A stretch of DNA of 64,000 nt from Lama glama (taxonomy: Eukaryota): NCBI GenBank assembly GCA_028534125.1, contig CM052832.1, positions 13,952,001 through 14,016,000 of the forward strand. Direction: 5' to 3'. The notes beneath the pieces are model-generated. The model was not told where the DNA came from. It ran no database searches and worked only from the letters and a program-made list of their open reading frames with translations. Shown here piece by piece: positions 53,086-64,000 of this stretch (the first letter of the stretch is position 1; the number at the start of each line of letters is the position of its first letter). A program made the position numbers and the translations under genes.

Positions 53086-54451
53086 CTTACTATAATTAAT
53101 CACTTTTGTTTTTGTTTGGGTCTTTTTTTTTTTTTACATAAGAGGAAACTAAGGTACAGAGAGAGGTTAAGTAATTAGCCCAAAGTTATACAGGAAGTGG
53201 CAGAGCCAGAATTCAAACCCAAGCAGTCTCTTTCAAGTTATGGTAGATCTTAAGGTTTAAAACTAGCCCCAGCACTAGGTACAGAATCAAAGTAGATCCT
53301 GGTCCAGCAGAATTTACTGAGTGCTTACTGTACACCAGACATTCTTACAAGAGTAATACAGTTAATGACATTTATCAAAAGCAAAAATATTACTGTTACA
53401 TGGGCCTAATTCATATTTTTACAGTTTTATTTTTATTTGAAGTATCTTTTCCCATGTATTTTAAGCCTCGACAACATTCATAACACTAGTGACATACACT
53501 TACTAGTACTGGGTAACCATACAGCCAACTTCCTGTGGGTTGTTTGTGGTTTAGCCAAATGCTCCCTTTGTATTTCTATTGATACTCTTGTTCCCACTTA
53601 AATATATTCTTTTTTTTCCTACTTAAATGTATTCTTAACATGTTTACTTTTTTTTTCTTAATGTGCAGTTTAGGAGCATTCAGGATTTGGAAGGAAAGCT
53701 TTTAGGCCAAATATTTAATTTTCCTAACCCTCCCCGAAAGTGTGAGCCAGAAAGATGGCAAATTTTTAAGGAAGTACTTTCTTTGGCTTTACCTGGCCCT
53801 TTCCAATAGAGGCAGAATGCTTCCAGCTTCATTGCTGAATGGATATTAAGGAGAATCTGATTTAGGCAGGGCTGAGTAGACTGAAGGAAGCTAACAAATT
53901 TCTAACTCCATTTAAATTAGATATTGCAGTGTGGACTTTGTTCCTTTATTGAGTATAATATTGTGGTGTTAAGTTCTTTGGGAAATAAAAAATAATCAAG
54001 ACGTGACTTCTGCCTTCCGGTCCATGTCTAACACTTTAGCCTAACAGAGTTAATCATTAAGGCTGTCCCAGGACGGATTATTTTTTCTGCCTGTTTTTGA
54101 AACTATAAGCCATGAGGATAAGGAGAGGTCACTATCTTGTGATCAGTTTTCTTAGTAATTAAGTAGAGAAGTGGCAAAAATAGAATATAACATAAGACAT
54201 ATGGAACACTTTAAAAGAATCTTAAAATATAAATTAATTTGTTCTATTCATAACCAGATACTTTTGGTAGGGAGTAGGGATGATTTTCAGGGCCCTGTAT
54301 AAGACATTTAAAAAGACGACCAAATAAAATTTATTAGAGGAAAAAATATACAGGAAAAAAAAGAAAGACAACATCAGTATTATCAGTGATTTCAAATGCA
54401 AACATACATTTGAAAGTTGTATAGTGTATATATATGTACAACTGAATCACT

Positions 54452-54489
54452 TTGGAAGGCAGCTATGCTAACCACTATACCACCAACGC
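54452..54489 (-). pseudogene. Retroposed 5' half of tRNA-Gly(TCC)
   Basis: Reverse complement is GCGTTGGTGGTATAGTGGTTAGCATAGCTGCCTTCCAA, matching nt 1-38 of vertebrate tRNA-Gly-TCC; perfect 17-bp TSD. Confidence 0.9.
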
Positions 54490-54599
54490 CGCGCCACAAC
54501 TGAATCACTTTGCTGTGCACCTGAAACTAACAGAATGTTGTAAAATCAAAATACTTCAATAAAAATGTTTTAAATAAAAATTTTAAAAGTTAAAGTTAC

Positions 54600-55805
54600 A
54601 TAGTCAAGGTGATTTTGGGAACAGTAGATATTCACACACAAAAGAATTAAGTTAGACCCTTACTTAACATCATATACAACAATTAACTCAAAATGAATCA
54701 AAAACCCTAAATAGATGACCTAAAACTATTTTCTTAGAGGAAAACTTTGAGCAAAAGCTTCATGACATTAGGTTTGGCAGTGATTTCTTGGATATGACAC
54801 CAAAAGCACAGGCAACAAAAGTAAAACTACATAGATTGGACTACCTCAAAATTTAAAACTTTTGTGCATCAAAGGATACAGTAACAGAGTGAAAAGGCAA
54901 CCTACAGAATGGGAGGGAATATTTGTAAATCATATATCTGATGGGTTAATGTCCAGAATATATAAAGAACTCCTGTAATTAAAAAAAAACAAATAACCCG
55001 ATTATAAAATGGACAATGGACTTAAATAGACATTTCCCCAAAGAAGACATACAAATGGCCTACAAGCATCTGAAAAGATGCTCTACATCACTAATCATTA
55101 GGGAAATACAAATCAAAACCACAGTGAGATGGCACCTGACACCAATCAGGATGGCTACTGTAAAAAAACAAAACACAAACAGAAAACTAGAAGTGTTAAT
55201 AAGCTTTGAAATTGAACCCTTGTGCACTGTTGGTGGGTTGGTAAAATAGTGTAGCCACTATGGAAAACAGTATGGCAGTTATCAAAAAAATTAAAAATAG
55301 AGTGACCCTATGATCCAGCAATTCCACATCTCACTATATACTCAAAAAAACTGAAAGCAGTCTCAGAGATACTTGTACACTCATGTTCATAGCATTATTC
55401 ATTATACCCAAAAGATGGAAGCCACCCAAATGTTTATCTGCAGATGGATAGATAAACCAAATGTCATATATACATACAATGCAATAGAATGTTATTCACA
55501 TGGGACAAAACTGATGAACCTTGAGGACATTACACCAAGTGAAGTAAGCCAGTCACAAAAAGATAGATATATGATTCTATTTACATCTGGAGAAGTCTAA
55601 ATTCTTGTCAGGGATTTGCGGCAGGAGGAAATGAGGTGTTGTTTAATGAGTAGAGTGGTAATGTTGCAAGATGAAAAAGTTCTGGAGATTGGTTGCACAA
55701 CAGTGTGACTGTACTTAACTATCCACTTAAAAATGGTTGAAATGGTTAATTTTGTGTTATATGTATTTTACCACAATTAAAAAATTTTAAGTCATTAAAG
55801 AAAAA
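54600..55805 (+). mobile_element. L1MA/MB ORF2 3' part and 3'UTR
   Basis: ORF 55016-55249 [47 protein letters not shown] is the classic ORF2p C-terminal segment. Confidence 0.92.
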
Positions 55806-56529
55806 AATTAGAATGTTGTAAAGTGGTCACTATAGTCTTTATTATAAGTGAAAATAGTGATTAAAAGAAATGTTATATGTTAAAATGTATGATTTTTTAA
55901 GTAAATTTTATTTTTCAGAGCAGTTTTAGGCTGACAGCAAAATTGAGTGGAAAATACGGAGATTTCCCATATATTTCCAACCCCCACATGTGCATAGCCT
56001 CCCCTCTCTTAATATCCCCCACCAGAATGGTACACTTGTTATAACTGATGACCCTACGCTGAACCTATAAAATTTGATTTTGATCTTTCTAAATCAGAAA
56101 GTTATATAATACTCTGTAGAAAGGAAAAAGTACAGTGTATTGCTTTTATACTAAGCTTTGTTCACTTTAAAATTTTTCAAATGCCTACAGTTGGGTATAT
56201 ATAAAAAGCATTTGAACTTATGGATAGATATATTATAAATTTGTATAAGTATATATTCTTATTTCAGATTTTGTTACAAATGGAATAGGACTCCTGAAAT
56301 CGATAAATTATGTTTGAGCTAGTAAAGTTGAAGTCCAGTTGAAGTGGAAGAATAAATTGCATATATAAATTCTTGGTGTATTGTAACCTACAGTTAACAC
56401 CTTAAAAATCAAAAGATCCCAAAGAACAGGAATCTTAAAAATGTTTATGCTTTGACCCAGTAATTCTATTTCTAGGAACTGATTCTGAGGAAATATGGTA
56501 GAAGCCTGCTTAACCAACTCCAGACTAAC

Positions 56530-57223
56530 TGATGGGCTCCATTCTGCTTGTAAATATACTGAATGATGCCACTGGTTTCCTTCTTGTTTGGTGTGGTCCC
56601 ACACTCTGCTTCAGCCAGTTGAGTGAGCCTTGTCAGTGCCCTCCAGCCACAGACCACTAGGAACGCAGCTGTAGTCCAACAAGCTGGATTTATTACTTGG
56701 AGGGAGGGAGAACACACACCATGGGAAACTGTGGGTGTCTCAGTAAGAGTGTTGGAAAGGACTTTTTATAGGATTTGGGCTTGTATTTTGATTTGGGGAG
56801 GATTTAAGGAAGAAGGGATTTGCTCTGGATTGGGTGTTGTTAGGATGTGGATGATCCTTTGGGTGTCTTAGTAAATCTTACCTAGGAAGAGGGCTGCCTG
56901 GAGTGAGACTAAAGCTGTACCTGTGGAGAAGCAGCAGTCACTCATGTCACCAGGAGAGGGGGATGTTTGGTATTTTGTAGGTTGCACAGGGACCTTGTTT
57001 TTTTGTCCATGCTCAGACAAAATTTTGAAGTGTTCTTGTTTTGTCTCACTTTTTCATGGTCTCAGAGTGACCTTGTCTGATGTTGATGTTTTATGAGATT
57101 GTTGTGTCCGACAGAAGAATAGCATGGCCTAGCTGTGTGCCCCAGGCCAGCTTCAGACATCACCAAGGCCTCTGTAAGAGTCAGGCAGTTTCCAGATGTC
57201 AGGTGCTGCTTTTTCCTTCCTCA
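56530..57223 (-). mobile_element. ERVL-type solo LTR (MER77/MER21 group-like); left boundary approximate
   Basis: Minus strand starts TGAGGAAGGAAAAAGCAGCACCTGACATCTGG; AATAAA on minus near 56690; composition differs from flanks. Confidence 0.6.
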
Positions 57224-57247
57224 GACTAGTGCTAAGAATCAGGCTAA

Positions 57248-57403
57248 GGGGGGAGGGTATAGCTCAAGCAGTGGAGTGCATGTTTAGCATGCACGAGGTC
57301 CTGGGTTCAATCCCCAGTACCTCCTCTAAAAATAAATAAACCTAATTATCTACTCCCCACCAAAAAAAAAAAAAAAGGAAAGAAAAGAAAATGTATTTTA
57401 AAA
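57248..57403 (+). mobile_element. tRNA-derived SINE (vic-1-like)
   Basis: GGGGAGGGTATAGCTCAAGCAGTGGAGTGCATGTTTAGCATGCACGAGGTCCTGGGTTCAATCCCCAGTACC, A tail, TSD AATCAG(G/T)CTAA. Confidence 0.9.
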
Positions 57404-60400
57404 AAATCAGTCTAAACCTCCTTATATCCATTTTAATTGTATAATTGTGATTATAACTTCTTGTCATTATATCATTTAATTAAATAGTATATAAAACACT
57501 GAAATTACTGTAGTAAGAAAGGAGAATTATTTGGAAACTAAGTTAAACATCTTTGGAAAGACTTATTAAGATTAATTGCTAAAAGCATTTTATAAATGGC
57601 TATTGAATTAGGCGTGGGTAAAAGGCAAAATAAGTAGGCCATTAGAATACATTTTTACTAGAAGTATTCGCTTGCTGATGGCTTTACAAGTATCTTCTGG
57701 TTCCTACTCCTCTTTAAAGAAATCTACTTGTAAATGGCAAATGATATACCGTATGTGTGATTTATATAGTAAAGATGACATGGAATTATTTTTTGTTGTT
57801 GTTTTTTAACAGCATTTTTATATAGAATGATTTGAATTGGTATGCAGGCAACTTCTCTAGTAGTCACATACCTGTAATTTAGGGAAAATTACACCCATTG
57901 TACAGAAGAATCCCGGTAATATATACTTAATAAGCTCAAAGGACATGGAACTCTTATCACTGGAGCCACACTCAGAGACAAGGCCTTGGCCTTCTAACAC
58001 AAAGTTAGTGAATTAATAGCTTTGATATATTTGAAGTTAAAAAAAAAGTTTGAGGTCATGTATAAATTCTTCTTTATGATTCCTCACTTAAAGCAACATT
58101 TTAAATTAACCTACAACCACAGTCCTGATTGTATCAGGTAAGATGCTTTTATTATGCAAAAAAAAATCATGTAAAGATTTAGGTATAAAGTAGTTCATTT
58201 TAACTTTATAATAGTAAAAAAAATAGAAACAATCTAAATGTTTATTAACAAGAGTAATGAAATTATAGTATATTCAAAAGATAGAATAGCATAGAGTTAC
58301 TAAAAGTCATGTTTTCAGCTATCATCTTTTAACAAGAAAAATGTTCATATAATGTGCTACAATATAGAGCTAGGCTACAAAACCCAATAAACTATGGCTA
58401 GAATTTTAATAATGTATATATCAAAATTTAATATGCAAAGTGTACATACACAATTGGAAGGAAATGAACCAAAAAATGGACAGTTTACCCCAGATGCCAA
58501 AGTTTCAGAAGTTCTTTTTTATTGTATTCTCTGTGCTTTTATATACTTTCTATATTGAGCATGTATTTTTTTTTAATGAGGGGGAAATGCTTTTTAAGAA
58601 AAGAAGCCCAAGATGGGCAGTTTTAGAAACATACCTGTGTTCATATCAGTGTGGCTCTTTGCTCAGTGTGTTTCACTCTATGTCTGAAGCTCCATGTTAG
58701 AGAAGCTGTAATGTTCCTGAATGAGAAGAAAAGCAAATGCATGATTTATTTAGTGAGGGGCTCCTGGGGATTTGACAGGCTGATATTTCCAACGTCCACG
58801 GCCTAGCATAGATACCATCTGTGAATTAAGTTTTTGCTGATTGCACCAACCTCCACCCCCAGGCAAAAGCCCCATGTTTCTATTTTAGTGTTCACCACAC
58901 TTGAAAAAAAAAACAGTACATATATCTTTCTGTTCCACTGGCCATACTACATTGCATGTTTCTTGGAAGGAAGAAGGGAACAGCCACCTTCGTATTCTTA
59001 GTCCCTAGAGAGACCTTTGCTCCTTGGCAGTTGGCTAAATGTCTTTAATAAATGTACAGTAGTTCCCCCACAGTATAGAGATTTCCTGAAAGAATATTTA
59101 AGGTGTTTGTCTTAAACTATCAGAGTTGAGAGTTAAAAAAAAAAAAGAAGCTGTCAATGGCCCACACTAAAACCACAGCAGCCTTTGAAGAACATCAGTG
59201 ACGGTAAAGCAGCCTGTCAGCAGCAGGCCTTACATTTCTTCTGAGGACTGTAGACTGTTTTCACATTAGAACCATGTGTGGGCATATAAATTGATGTAGC
59301 CCTTTGGGAAGGGCAGTTGGGCAATATCTGTCAGATTGAAAATGCACATCACCTTTGCACTTCTAGGAATTTACTCTCCAAATATACTTGCACAAAACAG
59401 GCAAACATACATGGACAAAGAGCCTTATTGGAGAACTGTTGGCAATATATTTTTCAGTATGGGAGTGACTAGAATATTATGAAGCTATTGCAGATGAGGT
59501 AGATCAGTATGTATTTACGATGATGATGATGATTGTCCTTTATTAAATACATGTTATATGCCAGGCACTGTGCCAGGTGTTTGACATATTTTATCTAATA
59601 ATTCTTATAACAACTATATGGCAGAAACTATGATTATCTACATTTTGCAGATGAGGAAACTTGCACAGGTTCACACAACTAATAAGGGGCAGACCTGGTA
59701 CCTAATCTGGGCGGTCTGAAGTTAAAGCAGGCTGCACTTCTAACCCCCAAAATGGATGTCCTCCTTTCTACTGATAGAGAAAGATATTTATATATGTGTG
59801 TGTGTGTGTGTGTATGTATATATACAATGAAAAAATTTATCTATAGCATTATATATCTTTAGTATGACATTATATATAAAATGAAATACATATATATAAT
59901 GAAAAAACAGTTCAGAACTGAATGTATAGGATGCTGTCATTTGTGTCTTAAATTCCTTTAAAAGCAACAGCACACACTGAAAGGATACAAAAGAAACATA
60001 ACAGTGGCTTCTTACAAGGAGGGAATGGATGACCCTTTACCTTTCAGTTATATCTTTCTCTCTTTTGTGTGTTTTAATAATAGTCATGTAGATATACTTT
60101 TAACTAAGTAAGTATATCTGATATTTTGAAATGTAACAATTAATGAAGACTAAGTTGAAGTCATGAGTCACAAATGCTTTGTTCATCCCTGCTTACATAC
60201 CTTAGTATAGGGTCCCCCTTATCCTAATTACCCTGACTTTAATCCTACCTATCAGTTCATAGTAACAGCTCTCTTCAAAAGTCACTTTCTCTGGAGTTCA
60301 TTGTTTACCTGATCTCACTTTGAATACTTAAGTTTTTGATCGACACAGCACCTCAAATTTGTATATTATCCCTTGAAATTATGTACATTTTCTGTTGTTT

Positions 60401-61101
60401 CCCAAAGGATTTGGAACTGCTTACTGTAAGATACAATTAAAATTATATAGGTTAATATAGTTCTGCAGTTAAGCAGTAAGGTTAACTTTTAGTTTCCTGG
60501 AAGAAGGCCAAAAAAAAAAATTCTGAGTTTTGTAGTTCTTGTGACACATCATTTTGTTTTCTTTAAAAAGACAAAACCACTTTTTTTTCTACTCTGAATT
60601 TTGAGGAAGAAAATCTGTTTCATAGGCCTTTTTATGCAATTTATACTTTTCCGGTTGTTTCTTGTTTGTTGTTTTTGTCTACCCAACTAAATTATAAGCC
60701 TCCTTAGGACAAATTCCATTTGCTATACTATTTTTGTTCCATCACTGCCTAGAAAACATGCACTTACTATTGCGGTTGAAATTATAAATTAAGCAACAAC
60801 TGCAACCCAGCCACATGTCAAAGATTATGTTACTACCACTTTTCAAAGACTTAATCTTTGAGCAGTTTAGAAATTGATACTACTTTCATCCTTCTCAGCA
60901 GAGAATCTTCTCTAACAGCCCTCAAAAAAAAAAAAATCACAATTTATTTCTCAGTGTATAGCTTTTACTGAGTTCTTTCGTAGCCTAGCTGAGTAGTATA
61001 TAGCATAAAGAATTAGAGATTTGTTTGATTTTTGTTTCATGACAGTTAAATCTTTTTAAAATATGGCCTATAGCTTTCAACCCCCTTTTCCTTTCTCATA
61101 G

Positions 61102-61244
61102 GCCAGGTTATCAAGGCATGGGACATTGGTGTGGCTACCATGAAGAAAGGAGAGATGTGCCATTTACTCTGCAAACCAGAATATGCATATGGCTCTGCTG
61201 GCAGTCTCCCCAAAATTCCCTCGAATGCAACTCTCTTTTTTGAG
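61102..61244 (+). CDS. FKBP5: FKBP51 exon 4 (FK1 domain), aa 84-131
   Basis: 143 nt; (G)[48 protein letters not shown]119 is diagnostic of FKBP51 versus FKBP52; donor GAG|GCAAGT. Confidence 0.98.
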
Positions 61245-62183
61245 GCAAGTATGTGTGTGATATTGCCTTGTTAGCATCTGCTCCACTATAGTGCTGGCTC
61301 TGAAGCAATAGGCAGTGGAACAAGGAGCTAAGCTTGCTATTGAGAATCAGATCCAACTTATTTATTTTGGAGCTTGGCTTCTTGAATTGTTTCCCACAAA
61401 CCCAAGGGGTGTGTGCCAGTGCTTTCTTAGAAACGTGTCTCTGGCACAAAACGGTCATAACCAAATAAATAAAAGACACCAGGCTTAGAAATGAAGGTTC
61501 TGGTCAGTGGTGTGAGTTATGACGTACTCAAAATTCACCAGAAGACAGGGTGGAAATGTGGGAGATAAATGTTGAAATATATCTAAATCAAGTTGTAAAG
61601 CTATTTTTGTATTACAAAGGTTTATAAATGTCACAGATCTCACTTCCTCATTAGAAGCAGTAGGTGGTGATAATATGTTATTCATCCTGTGTTGAATTAT
61701 ACATATTTGGCCAAAACTAATTTATAAATTAAGAGGGCAAATGCCTAAACATTGTAACAAGATAAAATGTACCTTTGGTTGGTTGTAGGCCTGATTCATA
61801 AGATTTGCTCTTACATTTTAAGAAGGGGATTTCATGAATCCAGGGTGGAAAAGTAGTGGCCTCTAGAGTCAGACAAAACAGTTTTGAGCCAGCACTGTGT
61901 CACTCTGGCTTTTTGCCCACAAGGCAGTTTTCCTAGTACTTCCTGTCTGTCTTTGCACTGCAGCCCCACAGGATGCAGTCCTAGACATTATCGTTCCGTG
62001 AAGTTTCTTTCCAGGTATTAAAAAGTGCAGTGTTCTTTTTTTCCTCCTTTTCCAGTAACTAAGATGCACAGATAAATATAAAACAGTTTTACTTTGTAAA
62101 ACGAAAGAATTGGTTGCTCTTGCCTTTAGGTATGTTACATTGGCTTTGATCAGTTATCAGCCAAATCCCTTTTCTCTTTCTAG

Positions 62184-62298
62184 ATTGAGCTCCTTGATTT
62201 CAAAGGAGAGGATTTATTTGAAGATGGAGGCATTATCCGAAGAATTAAACGGAAAGGAGAAGGGTATTCAAACCCAAACGAAGGAGCGACAGTAGAAA
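62184..62298 (+). CDS. FKBP5: FKBP51 exon 5 (FK1 end, linker, FK2 start), aa 132-169; gene continues beyond window
   Basis: 115 nt; [38 protein letters not shown]; tttctag acceptor, AAA|GTAAGT donor. Confidence 0.98.
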
Positions 62299-64000
62299 GT
62301 AAGTATTGCTGCGAGAGGGAACTGGTCCTTAAAAGTTGGGTTCCATTTATGCAGATGAAATGGAGATTCATTTTTTAAAATCTGTTTATAGAAACAAATG
62401 TATTGAAAAAATATATATATATATATCAAGAATAGTCTTTAATTCAACATTTATTTAATAATGACTTCATTTAGTAAATACATATTCACCCTGTGTGTGC
62501 CAGGTACTGTACCAGCCTCTACAAACTCAAAAAATGAATAAAAGATTGCCCCATCCGTCAAGGAATTCTTAGTCCAAGGACTCCTCGGTGTGCCAACAGC
62601 TATATTAGTTGCCTTACATATTTATTCATTTATTTCTTACAGACTTTTGTGGTATGATTAATTATCCCCAGGTGAGAAAACTGAGTTCAGAGAAGTTAAC
62701 ATAAATCAACCAAGGTTATAGAGTTACTACATAAAGCAGTAGATTGTAGTGCACTTCAGGGCTCTCAAACTCATCCCACTGGTTGCCATCAAGATAAAAT
62801 CAGTTAATCATTTTAGTTAGATCAGAACTGGATAATAGTGTTTATTCTGTTCTATGTCAGGAGACCTAGACATGTTCTGTGCAAGTTCTGTTTTGTCATT
62901 TATTGAGTGACCTGAAGCTATTGCATTTTTCATTTGCCAAGTTGAAAGTAAGGACACTACTGAGGACTAGAATACTAATCACCCTCCCTCCCTCCCAGAG
63001 GGAGGGGTATGTACATGTGTGCCTTTGTGTACACTACTTGTCACTTGCCCATTTCCCCAGTGAGTGAGTGCTGGAGGACCAGAATCTTCTTCTTTTTGTT
63101 TCCAGCATCACCTGTAGTGCCTTGCACACATTTAGTATTCAGTAAATGCTTTCTGCATGGATAAATGTTTGAAAGACGTCATTTACTGAGCTGAAGTACT
63201 TCAAAAGAGAGTTGTGAGAAAACATAAATACTTCCATTAAAAAAAAGTCACTAAAGAAGGATGGCAACATGAACTATTATAAAAAGCCTATTTAGAGTGA
63301 AGAGTTCATTTTAAAGAGTAAACTAGAATAGTTGATTTTCTCATCTTTAATGTTTGGGTATATTACTCTGAACCCATATTTCATTTTCACAAGTCTGGCA
63401 AATTAGTTCAAATTTTGTTTTGTTTTTTTTTTTAATTGGAAACAGTTATAAAAAGTATCACTGTGCTGTTGTATTTGAAGTGTTTAGATGGTTGTCATTC
63501 ATGATAAGTTTTAGAATAAATGAAGAAGAGCTTAGGTATATAATGTTGGAGGAATACCTAGACCAGAAGTCAGGAGATAGGATTCTGGCTTTGGCTGACT
63601 CTAAACAAACCCTGCCCCTCTGGCTTTAGCTTCTTTTTTATACAGTGATGCAGGGTAGACATCTTGATTTCTAAGGTCCTGCTAGCCCTGAACACTCAAT
63701 GGTAGAATTCTAAATGTTTATGAATGTTATAGGAATGATAGAAAATTCTCTTCAGTGTATTAACAAGCACTTAAAAATCTTGTCCATAACATGTTTTTAA
63801 ATTTTTATTGCAAAATTTCAAACATATTCAAAAGGAGAGTTTTTTCCCCTATGATACAGTGACTCCCCAGATTCAACAATTTATAACCTATATTTTAAAA
63901 CTGGCAGTTTTTGTCAACTAAATTGAAAGAAACCTTTTCCCTGTCATAGGCAGTACCACAAAACTACCATCATAGAGTTAACTTTGGAGCAAGCTAAATA

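Noticed and set aside
6369..57403. Three tRNA-like sequences as functional tRNA genes
   Set aside because: They have A-rich tails, TSDs and mutual divergence, so they are SINEs.
62110..62295. ORF-track 61-aa ORF over exon 5, and antisense ORFs 61135-61479 and 62180-62371
   Set aside because: Wrong frame or strand relative to the clearly homologous FKBP5 frame.
62299..64000. The well-known FKBP5 intron 5 perfect GRE
   Set aside because: No AGAACAnnnTGTTCT seen here; it presumably lies beyond the window end.

Overview
This is mammalian genomic DNA, probably camelid given three tRNA-derived SINEs of vic-1 type. It holds the 5' half of FKBP5 (FKBP51) on the + strand. The gene parts are a CpG-island promoter with non-coding exon 1 (~3517-3628), a ~41 kb intron 1, and coding exons 2-5 (44561-44665, 49739-49883, 61102-61244, 62184-62298). 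These splice in frame to residues 1-169, covering the FK1 PPIase domain and the start of FK2; the gene continues past the window. The rest is intron rich in L1, L2/MIR, LTR and DNA-transposon relics. I found no prokaryote-type system, CRISPR array or novel protein-coding gene, and nearly all ORF-track entries are artefacts. The most notable signals are small: (1) a tail-less retro-insertion of the 5' half of tRNA-Gly(TCC) with a perfect 17-bp TSD; (2) a GC-AG intron 4; (3) the apparent orthologue of human rs1360780, reading GATAA rather than TATAA; (4) an upstream NF-kB site in a CpG-free stretch; (5) candidate extra 5'UTR exons; (6) an orphan retro-insertion, several poly(A)-only insertions and a fold-back templated insertion. 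Comparisons with human and mouse are from memory, and repeat family names are by eye; both need alignment or RepeatMasker confirmation.
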